The notes beneath the pieces are model-generated. The model saw only the letters and a list, made by a program, of their open reading frames with translations, was not told the DNA's origin and searched no databases. This document shows, in pieces, positions 18,511 through 28,680 of a DNA stretch of 64,000 nt. Every line of letters begins with the position of its first letter. Position 1 is the first letter of the stretch. Source of the stretch: Anaerovoracaceae bacterium (GTDB lineage Bacteria; Bacillota; Clostridia; Peptostreptococcales; Anaerovoracaceae); NCBI GenBank assembly GCA_041752735.1, contig JBGSVW010000006.1, positions 30,399 through 94,398 on the forward strand, given 5' to 3'. A program made the translations under genes and the position numbers.

Positions 18511-19596
18511 ATGATTCCTCTGACAATCAATACACATCAACCCTATAAAGTGATTTCGGAACCCGGTGCTTTGACCCAATTGGGCACCATATGTGCCGAT
18601 ATTTTGAAACCCTGCAAAATATGTGTTGTCACAGAAGACAACGTGGATATTCTTTATTCCGATACTGTAACGGGCTCATTGGAAAAAGCCGGATTTTGCG
18701 TACACAAAATTGTATTCTCTCCCGGCGAACACACAAAGAGTCTGGTTTCCGTCGGTTTACTGTTGGATTTTCTTTCAGAAAAAGAATTCACCAGAACCGA
18801 TGTGGTGATTGCCCTGGGTGGCGGTGTCATGGGGGACCTCTCCGGGTTCGCTGCATCCGTTTATCTCCGAGGAATCCGATATATTCAAGTCCCAACCACC
18901 TTTCTGGCGGCTGTTGACTCTTCTGTTGGCGGAAAAACCGGAGTCAATCTGGCCTCCGGCAAAAATTTAGCAGGCACCTTCTGGCAACCAACTCTAGTAG
19001 TCTTTGATCCTATGACAATGGACACCCTGGCGGAGTCAATGATTTTGGACGGCTTGGCAGAAACCATAAAATGTGGCATGATAGCGGATAAAAATCTGTT
19101 GGACTTTATAAAAGACACACCTTGGAATGGGTTGCCCACCGACAAAGCACTTTACGATTTTGTCCAGCGATGTGCCATCGGTGCCATTGGTGTCAAGCAA
19201 AAGCTGGTAGAAGAAGACGAAAAAGATTTGGCACAGCGCCAATTATTGAATTTCGGTCACACCATTGGACACGCCATTGAGCTATCCAGTAGATATACTG
19301 TTTCCCACGGCCAGGCTGTAGCAAAAGGAATGGTCATCGTCACCCGGGCAGCAATGATCAAAGGGTGGACCAAAGAAGACTGTCTAACTCCTTTGCTAAA
19401 TGCCTTGGATAAGTTTGGGTTTTTATTGGATGTGCCATACACTGCCGAAAGCCTGGCAGAGATTGCCCTTCGGGACAAAAAAAGAAAAGGCAAGACCATC
19501 AATCTGGTAATCCCAATCCGTCAGGGAGAAGGCGTCTTGAAGCCCATTGATGTTGACGACTTAAGTGACTTTATAGAAACGGGGTTACAACCATGA
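18511..19596 (+). CDS. aroB: 3-dehydroquinate synthase
   Basis: Matches are ALGGGVMGDLSGFAAS, VPTTFLAAVDSSVGGKTGVN and NFGHTIGHAIE. The start is the Met after AAGGAG. Confidence 0.9.
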   Translation: MIPLTINTHQPYKVISEPGALTQLGTICADILKPCKICVVTEDNVDILYSDTVTGSLEKAGFCVHKIVFSPGEHTKSLVSVGLLLDFLSEKEFTRTDVVIALGGGVMGDLSGFAASVYLRGIRYIQVPTTFLAAVDSSVGGKTGVNLASGKNLAGTFWQPTLVVFDPMTMDTLAESMILDGLAETIKCGMIADKNLLDFIKDTPWNGLPTDKALYDFVQRCAIGAIGVKQKLVEEDEKDLAQRQLLNFGHTIGHAIELSSRYTVSHGQAVAKGMVIVTRAAMIKGWTKEDCLTPLLNALDKFGFLLDVPYTAESLAEIALRDKKRKGKTINLVIPIRQGEGVLKPIDVDDLSDFIETGLQP

Positions 19597-20780
19597 AAAT
19601 GATCATACAACCCGGACCCTTAAGTGGAACTTTATCCGCCATCCCTTCCAAGTCCCACGGGCATCGACTCTTGATTGCTGCTGCATTGTCCAGCCCACAA
19701 GGGCAGGTACAGCTCACCGAAACTTCTGAGGATCTTGAAGCCACTCGCACATGCCTGTCTGCTTTGCATGAAAGCGATCCAGTTCTCCCATGTAGGGAAA
19801 GCGGGTCCACCCTTCGGTTTCTTTTGCCTGTCGCCATGGCACATCAATCTCATGTCAGATTCCTGGGGGAAGGCAGGCTCTTGAAACGGCCCCTTTCTCC
19901 TCTCAAAGAAGAGATGGAGCGACATGGGTGTCGTTTTCATATGGGTAAGGGTGAGCTGGAGGTCAAAGGATTGCTCCAAAGCGGCTCTTACCATTTACGA
20001 GGAGACATCAGCTCACAGTATGTCACAGGTCTTTTATTTGCGCTCCCTTTGCTGGCAGGAGATAGTGAAATACTCCTTACTACCCCTTTGGAATCCTGTG
20101 GTTATGTAGATATGACCGTGCAAGTACTGACGGATGCAGGGATTCAAGTGAACATATCAACACAGGAAGGAACATTCGGGCCTCATCGTGAGGCACTTCT
20201 CAAATACAATATCCCAGGGGGGCAGCATTACCAGAGTCCCGAGTTGGCGATTCCCGAAGGCGACTGGTCCAACGGCGCCTTTTGGCTAGCTGCCAATTAT
20301 GTGGGTTTTGGCAATCGGGTTACCTGCAACGGGCTTTCTGAAGATTCCCTGCAAGGCGACCGGATTATCTCAGACTTGCTCCGTGATTTCCCCAATGTCA
20401 TCGATGGTTCCCAGATTCCAGACTTGATTCCCATCCTTGCCGTTGTGGCATCGGTGCGACCGGGAATCACCACCATCAAACATGCGGAGCGGCTCCGCTT
20501 GAAAGAAAGCGACCGATTGGAAACCACAGTCCGACTCATCCGCGATCTAGGTGGAGATGCGGAGGAGTTACCTGACGGGATGGTCATCCGAGGAAGGCCT
20601 CTGCTTCGAGGCGGTACAGTGGACGGATGTGGAGATCATCGAATCGTTATGTCTGCTGCCATTGCATCTACCGTCTGCACCGAGCCCGTCATCATAACCG
20701 GTGCTGAAGCCGTCAATAAGTCCTATCCCGGTTTTTTCCGGGATTTCAAAGGGTTGGGAGGGAAAATCAATGAAATCTAG
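19593..20780 (+). CDS. aroA: 3-phosphoshikimate 1-carboxyvinyltransferase (EPSP synthase)
   Basis: Matches are PSKSHGHR, SSQYVTGLLFALPL, LKESDR and DHRIVMSAAIA. Confidence 0.88.
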   Translation: MKMIIQPGPLSGTLSAIPSKSHGHRLLIAAALSSPQGQVQLTETSEDLEATRTCLSALHESDPVLPCRESGSTLRFLLPVAMAHQSHVRFLGEGRLLKRPLSPLKEEMERHGCRFHMGKGELEVKGLLQSGSYHLRGDISSQYVTGLLFALPLLAGDSEILLTTPLESCGYVDMTVQVLTDAGIQVNISTQEGTFGPHREALLKYNIPGGQHYQSPELAIPEGDWSNGAFWLAANYVGFGNRVTCNGLSEDSLQGDRIISDLLRDFPNVIDGSQIPDLIPILAVVASVRPGITTIKHAERLRLKESDRLETTVRLIRDLGGDAEELPDGMVIRGRPLLRGGTVDGCGDHRIVMSAAIASTVCTEPVIITGAEAVNKSYPGFFRDFKGLGGKINEI

Positions 20781-21834
20781 CTTTGGGAAAAATTGCAAGG
20801 TCACCATCTTTGGTGGCTCCCATGAAGATCGGATTGGTGTTACCTTGGAAGGATTTCCTGAAGGGTTTACCCCTGATTTTGAAAAACTTCAGCAATTCAT
20901 GAACCGCAGGGCACCGGGGAACAGCCCCTTTTCCACCCCACGCAAAGAAGCGGACTTGGTGGAATTGGAATCCTCAAGCCCTCTGACGATATTCATACGG
21001 AACACCAATGTCCATTCCGGAGACTATGTAAAGTTACGACAAGTGCCACGACCCGGTCATGCGGATTTTACTGCACAGATTAAATATGGTGACTCTATCA
21101 ACATGGCAGGTGGCGGTCCCTTTTCCGGAAGAATGACCGCACCCCTTTGTATTGCCGGCGGACTAGCCATGCAGATTCTGGCACAATACGGCATCCGCGT
21201 GGGCGCTCATATTTCTTCCATTGCAGACAAACAGGATACGTACTTTAATCCCACTAACATTCCGGAAGCCTTGCTAAAGTCCTTAGGTGAATCGAAATTT
21301 CCGGTAATTTCAACAGAAGCCGGTGAAGAAATGCAGCATATAATATTGAATGCTAAAATCAGTGGCGATTCTGTAGGTGGCATTGTGGAAGCCTGTGCCG
21401 TCGGGGTCCCTGCCGGACTAGGCGGTGCGATGTTTGATGGGGTTGAAAGTGTTCTTTCCCCTATTCTCTTCGGAATCCCTGGCGTCAAGGGCGTCGAATT
21501 CGGAACCGGGTTTGCCGCCAGCATGTTACATGGTTCTGAAAATAATGACCCATTTATTGTAGAAAACTACAAGGTACGTACTGTGACAAACCATCACGGG
21601 GGCATTCTGGGAGGAATCACCTCTGGCATGCCTCTGGTATTGCGGGTTGCATTCAAGCCAACTCCTTCCATTGCCATGGAACAACAGTCAGTGAACTTAG
21701 CCACCCTTGAGGCTGAAACGCTTCAGGTGACCGGCCGTCATGATCCCTGCATTGTCCTGCGTGCAGTCCCGGTGGTGGAAGCTGCCATTGCCATTGGGCT
21801 TCTGGATTTGCTCATGGAAAGGACTAACCCATGA
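20770..21834 (+). CDS. aroC: chorismate synthase
   Basis: Matches are FGGSHEDRIGVTLEG, RPGHADF, GGGPFSGR and GGILGGITSG. The start overlaps the aroA end by 11 nt. Confidence 0.9.
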   Translation: MKSSFGKNCKVTIFGGSHEDRIGVTLEGFPEGFTPDFEKLQQFMNRRAPGNSPFSTPRKEADLVELESSSPLTIFIRNTNVHSGDYVKLRQVPRPGHADFTAQIKYGDSINMAGGGPFSGRMTAPLCIAGGLAMQILAQYGIRVGAHISSIADKQDTYFNPTNIPEALLKSLGESKFPVISTEAGEEMQHIILNAKISGDSVGGIVEACAVGVPAGLGGAMFDGVESVLSPILFGIPGVKGVEFGTGFAASMLHGSENNDPFIVENYKVRTVTNHHGGILGGITSGMPLVLRVAFKPTPSIAMEQQSVNLATLEAETLQVTGRHDPCIVLRAVPVVEAAIAIGLLDLLMERTNP

Positions 21835-23066
21835 AATACGGTTTGATTGGCGAACATCTTTCCCATAGTTATTCCAAGCTTATCCACGAAAAATTAGGGC
21901 TTTACCCCTATGATTTATTCCCTATGCCTCCGGAACAGCTCGATTCTCTCTTAGCCGGTCGCAGCTTCGCCGGTTTGAATGTCACCATTCCGTACAAAAC
22001 CATAGTTGGGAAATATTGCGATATCATCGACGCGGAAGCGAAGGCAATCGGCTCCATCAACACATTGTACTTCAAGGATAATACTCTACATGGCGCCAAT
22101 ACGGACTATCACGGATTGTCCTATGCGGCCAACCGGGCAGGTATTTCTTTTAAAGGCAAAAAAGTTCTGATTCTAGGCGGTGGCGGAACTAGCCGAACGG
22201 CAAGAACGCTATGCCACGATTCAGGCGCTGCTGAAATCGTTGTGGCGGAACGTAATCCAGATATTATTGATGGGGTGAAGTCCGTGGCATATTCTAATCT
22301 TCCCCACGATGCTGAAATCATTGTCAACACCACGCCTGTTGGCATGTTTCCCGACAACATAAAAGCCCTCATCCAGCTTACCGACTTTCCCAAATGCATC
22401 GGCGTGCTGGACGTGATTTATAACCCGTTTTCTACCAAGCTTGTCATGGAAGCTCGAGAAATGGGAATTCCGTGCTCGGGCGGATTGCCCATGCTGGTTG
22501 CCCAGGCGACACGTGCTGCCGAGTTTTTCACTGGCCGAACCGGACTGCAAAAGGAGACGGAGCGAATCATCTCTGAATTGGAAACCGAGCTTCGTAATGT
22601 AGTCCTGATCGGAATGCCTGGCAGCGGTAAAAGCACCTTCGGAAAGAAGTTGGCAAAGAAATTGAACAGAACCTTTGTAGATCTTGACAAAGAAATAGTC
22701 AAACTGGCTGGCAAATCCATCCCCGAAATTTTTTTGCAAGATGGAGAACCCCACTTTCGATCACTCGAAACACAGATTGCCTTAGAATTTGGTAAACAGA
22801 ACAGCCTGGTAATTTCCACAGGCGGCGGGATTCTGCTGGATTCGGTCAATGCCCTGGCGCTAAAGCAAAACGGCAAATTGATTTTCATAGACCGACCTAT
22901 CGCCCAATTGGAGACGGATGGGCGGCCTTTGTCTACAAATCAGGCAGCGCTGGCTGACATGGAAAGAATCCGGAAACCCCTTTATGCGAAATATCAGGAT
23001 GCTACTTTAGTGAACCATGGATCTTTTATCCAGGTGTTATTAGAATTGGAAAAGCTATCAACATAA
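21831..23066 (+). CDS. aroE-aroK: fused shikimate dehydrogenase (AroE) / shikimate kinase (AroK)
   Basis: The N-terminal half matches AroE (GLIGEHLSHSYSKLIH, NVTIPYK, NTDYHG, GGGGTSR). The C-terminal half matches AroK (LIGMPGSGKSTFGKKLAKKLNRTFVDLD, STGGG). Confidence 0.88.
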   Translation: MKYGLIGEHLSHSYSKLIHEKLGLYPYDLFPMPPEQLDSLLAGRSFAGLNVTIPYKTIVGKYCDIIDAEAKAIGSINTLYFKDNTLHGANTDYHGLSYAANRAGISFKGKKVLILGGGGTSRTARTLCHDSGAAEIVVAERNPDIIDGVKSVAYSNLPHDAEIIVNTTPVGMFPDNIKALIQLTDFPKCIGVLDVIYNPFSTKLVMEAREMGIPCSGGLPMLVAQATRAAEFFTGRTGLQKETERIISELETELRNVVLIGMPGSGKSTFGKKLAKKLNRTFVDLDKEIVKLAGKSIPEIFLQDGEPHFRSLETQIALEFGKQNSLVISTGGGILLDSVNALALKQNGKLIFIDRPIAQLETDGRPLSTNQAALADMERIRKPLYAKYQDATLVNHGSFIQVLLELEKLST

Positions 23067-23096
23067 TCAAATTCAGCTTATCCATACTATCCCGCA

Positions 23097-23127
23097 TCAA
23101 AAAAGCACCTCACGGTGCTTTCTTATT
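23097..23127. terminator. bidirectional terminator between aroE-aroK and the convergent hemolysin-family gene
   Basis: AAGCACC-tcac-GGTGCTT is flanked by an A6 run and a T-rich run. Confidence 0.75.
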
Positions 23128-23169
23128 ATCAGATACTCGACATTGCATGTGTACAGATTATTTTCCTTC

Positions 23170-24468
23170 CTATTCTTGTGCTAAAATGAGAAGAAACCTG
23201 TCAATTCTTTTTTCTGTAATTCGAAGAGGGCGTAAGGTTATATTTCCTTCTACGATCTCTATCGAACTAATGGTGTCGGGTATGATGCCCAGTCTACTGA
23301 TTGCAAATCCATTCAGCGTTTCATATTCTCCCTCAGGTAATTCTATATCAAGATGCTCTTTCAGTTCCTCCAATGTTACTTTTCCGCTGATATCATAGGA
23401 GTAATCATTTAGTTGAAGGATATCATCGGTCATGCTCTTCTCGTCTTCAATTTCTCCCACAACCTCTTCAATTAAATCCTCGAGTGTTACAATACCGGCG
23501 GTTCCGCCGTATTCGTCAACCACCACAGCGATTTGAGCCTTGGCTAACTGCATAGATCTTAACGCTTCATCTGTTTTCTTCATGATCGGCAAATAAATTG
23601 GGGTTCTGACATATTGGTCCAGATTAAATGTGCCACTAAATGGCTTCCCAACCAAGTGCAGCAAATCCCAGGTATGCAGTATGCCAATAATATTGTCCAG
23701 ATTCTTTTTGTATACTGGAATTTTTGAATACCTTGCTTCGAGTATGAGGTCAATTGCTTCATCAAGTTTCGCATCCAACGGCAATGCTTTGATGTTGACC
23801 CTATGGGTCATAATTTCTTCTAATACCTTATTGTTAAACTCAAATACATTGTTGATCATTTCTTTTTCATAACAGTGAATGGTTCCCCGTTCTTCTCCAA
23901 GATCAATCATCATCCGTATCTCTTCTTCGGTAACATTATCATCCTGCTCACCGGGGTTCACTCCAAAGAATCGGGCAAAGAAATTGGTAGAAAGCGTCAA
24001 CAAATGTACAAACGGTGCAGTTGCTTTTGAAATAAACGTCAGCGGTCCTACCACACGGAATGCGATGGCTTCCGCTTTTTTCATTGCAACCCTCTTTGGT
24101 ACCAACTCTCCAAACACTAGTGTGAAATATGACAAGATTACTGTGATTCCAACAAGCATAATCCCTTTCAACGCAATATCCGAAATTGGCAGGTCATAAT
24201 CATTTAGCCAGGACACTAGAGGGTCTACAAAGGATTCTGCTGCAAAAGCGCTTGCCATAAAACCTGCCAACGTAATTCCAATTTGAATGGTAGCCAAAAA
24301 ACGGCTTGGCTCTTTCAGAAGATCCATGAGCTTCTTGGCTTTCCGATCCCCCGCCTCTGCCATCATTCTTATTTTGTTGTCATTCAGTGTGATCAGCGCG
24401 ATTTCTGATGCTGCAAAGTATGCATTCAACAAAATCAAAAAAATCAACAATAATATTTCTGGTACCAC
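23170..24468 (-). CDS. hemolysin family / CNNM-type protein (DUF21 - CBS pair - CorC_HlyC)
   Basis: N-terminal TM helices with LNAYFAASEIALI are followed by a CBS region and the C-terminal transporter-associated domain. Confidence 0.85.
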   Translation of the reverse strand: MVPEILLLIFLILLNAYFAASEIALITLNDNKIRMMAEAGDRKAKKLMDLLKEPSRFLATIQIGITLAGFMASAFAAESFVDPLVSWLNDYDLPISDIALKGIMLVGITVILSYFTLVFGELVPKRVAMKKAEAIAFRVVGPLTFISKATAPFVHLLTLSTNFFARFFGVNPGEQDDNVTEEEIRMMIDLGEERGTIHCYEKEMINNVFEFNNKVLEEIMTHRVNIKALPLDAKLDEAIDLILEARYSKIPVYKKNLDNIIGILHTWDLLHLVGKPFSGTFNLDQYVRTPIYLPIMKKTDEALRSMQLAKAQIAVVVDEYGGTAGIVTLEDLIEEVVGEIEDEKSMTDDILQLNDYSYDISGKVTLEELKEHLDIELPEGEYETLNGFAISRLGIIPDTISSIEIVEGNITLRPLRITEKRIDRFLLILAQE

Positions 24469-24483
24469 TTTAGTTTCCTCCGT

Positions 24484-25017
24484 TTATTGATGTGCCCACT
24501 CTTCCTTGGTCATGCTAAAGGACAGGGAGTCCCGAATCGAGCCATCATAGATTTTATAACAATGGCGATGGGTGCCTTCATAGGTAAATCCCAGCTTCTC
24601 AATGACCCGCTGGGAACGCAGATTATTCGGTCCGGTGCAGATTCCTACAATCTCCAAATTGAGTTCTTCAAATCCATATTTTAGTGCCGCTTCTGACGCT
24701 TCTGTCGCGAAGCCCTGTCCCCAAAATTCTTCAGCAACCCAGTAACCCAGCTCTTTGCTGGCGATACCCGGTCGGAATCGGTCAATTTCAAGGCCCAAAC
24801 TCCCCATCATTGCACCCGTTGATTTATCTGTGATTTTCCATACTATGCCAGGCAAGAATAAGGTTTGTATAATCTCAAGGGATTCAGCTACATCCGCATG
24901 AGGTTTCCAGCCGGCATGGGGACCCACGTTGGGGTTCTTAGCCAATTGAAAAAGTTCAGTTGCGTCCTCTTCTGACCAGCCTTTGAGAATCAATCTTTTG
25001 GTTTCAAGGGTTTTCAT
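24484..25017 (-). CDS. GNAT family N-acetyltransferase (RimJ/RimL-like)
   Basis: WGQGFATEASEAALKYGFEELNL is the acetyl-CoA binding core. Confidence 0.8.
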   Translation of the reverse strand: MKTLETKRLILKGWSEEDATELFQLAKNPNVGPHAGWKPHADVAESLEIIQTLFLPGIVWKITDKSTGAMMGSLGLEIDRFRPGIASKELGYWVAEEFWGQGFATEASEAALKYGFEELNLEIVGICTGPNNLRSQRVIEKLGFTYEGTHRHCYKIYDGSIRDSLSFSMTKEEWAHQ

Positions 25018-25030
25018 GATTCACCCTCCA

Positions 25031-27007
25031 CTATTCGGATGTGCTTAGGATTTCTTCATTCTTTTCTACCTGGCTGACCTTCATCCTGTCAATGGAAGTG
25101 GGATCCACTTCTTCTAATAGCCCCAGTACAGTTGGAGAAAGGTATATGGTTTTTAGTATTTTACCTTCCAGGTTGATTTTGCTGTACTCTGTAAAGTTTT
25201 TGCCTTTCAGATAATATTTATCACCAATCTGAATGATTTCATCCACGGTAATTGGCTTGACACCCATTTTCATGTTGATTCTTTGAAAAGGTGATTTGCC
25301 ATCATAAATATATTTGCTTCCATAAAGCATATCGTACTGGAGCGCTTCCATGTCCTTCAAATAGGTGCTGCTGTCCCTGTATTTCTGATGATAGGCCACC
25401 ATGGTTCCCTGATGCATGTCAATTTTGTCCAGCACATAGGAGGAAAGTTGGTAAGTAGTTAGCGCTTTATCTTCTTCCTTCATACGGAAGTTGCTCCAGA
25501 TTACATAGTCCGTTTGATACATATTTCGACCGCTAAGTGTCTCATCGCTGATGGCACTGATAGCCGGCAAATGGTCCCCATAAAGGACAACTACGACATC
25601 CTCATTAAATGCTTCCATTTCTTCAATAAGCTGCCCGACAAATTCATCCATTTCGTAGAGCTGGTTGATGTAATACTCCCATGTCCATTTTAGTTCAGGC
25701 GTTGCTGCATTTGTGACCGTAATAACTGGGTTTTCCAGCAACTGCTCTGTGGGATAGTCTCCATGGCCCTGTACCGAAATGGTATAGATGTAATCCGGTC
25801 CTTCACTGGAGTTAAGAGAATCCATAATCTGTTGTGTGAGTACAAAGTCTTTTGCCCAGTTTTTTGGTGTCTTGCTCACATTATTCATGTACTCAAGAGA
25901 TGTGAAGGTGTCAAATCCCAAATTCCCAAATACAATATTTCTCTCATAAAATGCACCTCTATGATTATGAATGGCATGGGTGGAATACCCGGCTTGCTTC
26001 AAATCATAAGGTACGCTTTCGCAAGTTTCTTCCAATAAAACCCCTTTATGTGGGTATTCTCCCGGTCCGAAAAACTTTACGCTCATCCCTGTCATTACTT
26101 CAAACTCAACGTTTGCCGTACCCGCTCCCACTACTGGTGTTTCAAGGGTTCCGGAAGAATAGTTTTCCATCAGTTTTCGGAAATTTGGAATCGCATCACC
26201 TGAAAAGCCCAGACCCTGAACCGTTTCCGGATCCATAAAGGACTCTAATTGTAGAAAAATGATATTCGGTTGATCTCCAGTCCCGTCTTCTCCTTTTGCT
26301 GCAACAAGATTAGCGAAATCCTCCTCAGAAAAGATGGATTGGATGGACTCAGTTGAATAGTTATCAGGTTTGGAAATTCCTGTATTCAGCCAGGTGTTTA
26401 AGAAACAATAAACAAATCCATTGTCCCTGTATCCATAGGCCAGGTTGGGGAAATACGTGTCCACAATATTGGCTTTAGCCGCAAGATTGGTTACCCCTGC
26501 CGCCGATGTGATAATAATAAAATAGATTACAAGATTTCTAATCCAGTTAATCTTGTCTTTTTTCTTAGGGCCCTTTAGCCATAAGAATACAATTCCGGCA
26601 ACCAACAAAATCAGCCCCCCGATTAGAAAGCCGATTTGCACTTTGGATAAATAATTCGTAGCAATGGATAGTCCTTCTTTGACAACCATTATATCGTAAA
26701 CCGTAAACGGTGTCATTCTCTTGGACACAATGACAAAATTAGCGATGCCTCCGGTCAAAAGAATGGTTCCCAACAAGGAAAACATAAACACCCGGCGACG
26801 AAAAAGAATGGAGATGGATAGTATCGCAAAAATGATAAATGCATTGTAGAGAAACACAAGCGTGTGGTCATTCATAAATATAACCGCCGGGGCTATTCCT
26901 TTTCGAGAAAAAGCCTCGATGGCAAAGTTTAACACCAATGCCAGCGCAACACTAAAGCCCAGGGCGTTATGAAAATATTTCAGGTAAAATTCTTTCGCTT
27001 TGTTCAT
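25031..27007 (-). CDS. LTA synthase family protein (membrane sulfatase-domain enzyme)
   Basis: Five N-terminal TM helices are followed by an extracellular sulfatase domain (NIIFLQLESF, TANVEFEVMTG). Confidence 0.8.
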   Translation of the reverse strand: MNKAKEFYLKYFHNALGFSVALALVLNFAIEAFSRKGIAPAVIFMNDHTLVFLYNAFIIFAILSISILFRRRVFMFSLLGTILLTGGIANFVIVSKRMTPFTVYDIMVVKEGLSIATNYLSKVQIGFLIGGLILLVAGIVFLWLKGPKKKDKINWIRNLVIYFIIITSAAGVTNLAAKANIVDTYFPNLAYGYRDNGFVYCFLNTWLNTGISKPDNYSTESIQSIFSEEDFANLVAAKGEDGTGDQPNIIFLQLESFMDPETVQGLGFSGDAIPNFRKLMENYSSGTLETPVVGAGTANVEFEVMTGMSVKFFGPGEYPHKGVLLEETCESVPYDLKQAGYSTHAIHNHRGAFYERNIVFGNLGFDTFTSLEYMNNVSKTPKNWAKDFVLTQQIMDSLNSSEGPDYIYTISVQGHGDYPTEQLLENPVITVTNAATPELKWTWEYYINQLYEMDEFVGQLIEEMEAFNEDVVVVLYGDHLPAISAISDETLSGRNMYQTDYVIWSNFRMKEEDKALTTYQLSSYVLDKIDMHQGTMVAYHQKYRDSSTYLKDMEALQYDMLYGSKYIYDGKSPFQRINMKMGVKPITVDEIIQIGDKYYLKGKNFTEYSKINLEGKILKTIYLSPTVLGLLEEVDPTSIDRMKVSQVEKNEEILSTSE

Positions 27008-27876
27008 TCTTTTACTTCCTTAACTATGGTATTTGCTATCAATGCAAATTCATCCATATCCAGTGTTTCCGCCCGACGTCCCGCATCAATGCCTGCTTTT
27101 TCCAAAATGAAACCGGTTTGTGCCTTGTCCAAGCCATAGATGCCGGTCAACGCATTATGCAAGGTCTTCCTTCTTTGGCCGAAGCCAGCTTTTACTACCG
27201 CAAAAAATGCCGCCTCATCCAGCAGTTTGACCGGACACTCTTTTCGGATATCCAGTCGTATGACGGTGGAGTCAACATTTGGTCTGGGATAAAAAACTTC
27301 TCTGGGCGCAGATATCACTTTAGTCACTGTACAATAATATCGAACCGCAACGGTAATGGCACCGTATGTCTTGTTTCCCGGGGTTGCCGATAGTCTATCT
27401 GCCACTTCCTTCTGAACCATAACTGTTATGCTATCAGCAGGAATCCGGTCCTCCAAAATTTTCATAATAATGGGCGTTGTGATGTAGTAGGGTAAATTTC
27501 CTACAAATCGCACGGCACCTTTCGGCTGATGGGTGGCGATTAGATTGTTCAGGTCGCATCGGAGTACATCTTCATTGACGACTTTCGCATTTGGATAATC
27601 TTCTAGCGTCTCCTTCAGGATGGGTATCAAGGCTTTATCAATTTCGATAGCAACGACCTGCTGTGCCTGTTCTGCAAGCAGCTGTGTCAATACCCCTACG
27701 CCCGGACCGATTTCAATGACCAAATCCTCTGGTCCTATCAAAGAGCCCTCCACGATTTTATCCCGTATATTTTTGTCTATTAGAAAATTTTGCCCCAGAC
27801 TTTTGGAAAGTCTGAAGCCAAATTGTTGTTCAATATCATGTATTGACGATGTGGTGTATAGCTTCATTAAATTCAT
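27004..27876 (-). CDS. rsmA: 16S rRNA (adenine1518/1519-N6)-dimethyltransferase
   Basis: Matches are LGQNFLID, EIGPGVGVLT and GNLPYYITTPI. Confidence 0.92.
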   Translation of the reverse strand: MNLMKLYTTSSIHDIEQQFGFRLSKSLGQNFLIDKNIRDKIVEGSLIGPEDLVIEIGPGVGVLTQLLAEQAQQVVAIEIDKALIPILKETLEDYPNAKVVNEDVLRCDLNNLIATHQPKGAVRFVGNLPYYITTPIIMKILEDRIPADSITVMVQKEVADRLSATPGNKTYGAITVAVRYYCTVTKVISAPREVFYPRPNVDSTVIRLDIRKECPVKLLDEAAFFAVVKAGFGQRRKTLHNALTGIYGLDKAQTGFILEKAGIDAGRRAETLDMDEFALIANTIVKEVKE

Positions 27877-28387
27877 CCTTGCTGATCAGAAACTGATTCA
27901 GCTTTTTGAGAAAACTGTTACAGTTGCCATATCCTATGCCCAGAATTTTGCCTGTCTGCCTCCGCTTTTCGGCTGAATTGGGTCCGCCCCAAAGACCTGC
28001 AACAATTAGATCTTCCCGGGCAAAGACTTCCGGCTCAGTTCGGTTCCTATATTTGCATTTTGAAATGGCTTTCCGTATGGCTTCCGGCGACCCGTTTTCG
28101 ATTCCTACATCCCCAGATGCAGATGCATCCAGTCGATCCAGGTATGCGTGTCCAGCATCAGGAAACCTGTCCGTCAGCCGTTTTCGGATTTGCTCTCCTG
28201 CAAAGTCCGGATCTGTAAATACGATGATTCCAGTGGTATCATAAGCCTTTTGAATCAGTTGCCAGGTAACCTCTGAAATACCAAATCCGTGGGTTTCTAT
28301 GGTATGTGCCTCCAAAGCCCGGTTGATGGCCGCTGTATCATCTCGGCCTTCCACTACAATGGTCTCTTTAATTCTCATCGGTCTCAT
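27836..28387 (-). CDS. rnmV: ribonuclease M5
   Basis: It has a TOPRIM N-terminus (IVVEGRDDTAAI, FTDPDFAGEQIR). Confidence 0.85.
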   Translation of the reverse strand: MRPMRIKETIVVEGRDDTAAINRALEAHTIETHGFGISEVTWQLIQKAYDTTGIIVFTDPDFAGEQIRKRLTDRFPDAGHAYLDRLDASASGDVGIENGSPEAIRKAISKCKYRNRTEPEVFAREDLIVAGLWGGPNSAEKRRQTGKILGIGYGNCNSFLKKLNQFLISKDEFNEAIHHIVNT

Positions 28388-28667
28388 CTTTCAGAATGTA
28401 TAATGTCTCTCCCGGCATAATCAGCTTCAGTTGTTTTCTCGCTTCCTGCTCAATGAATTCAGGGTTGTTGACGTTGGCCAACTGTTCCTTTAGTTTTTCT
28501 TTTTCTTGGAGCAATGCCTCCTGTTGTGCCAAGAGTTGATGTTCCTCCATCTTCAAGTCAATAATCCGAAAAATCGATAAGCCTGCTGCTGAAAGCACAA
28601 TGAAAGCCATCATCAAATAAACGATAATGTTTCGGGATACTTTCTTAAGCTTTCTTTTTGTGGCCAT
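28368..28667 (-). CDS. septum formation initiator family protein (FtsB/DivIC)
   Basis: It is a single-TM protein with a coiled coil, 99 aa long, followed by PGETLY. Confidence 0.7.
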   Translation of the reverse strand: MATKRKLKKVSRNIIVYLMMAFIVLSAAGLSIFRIIDLKMEEHQLLAQQEALLQEKEKLKEQLANVNNPEFIEQEARKQLKLIMPGETLYILKDETDEN

Positions 28668-28680
28668 TGGTCCTCCCTCA

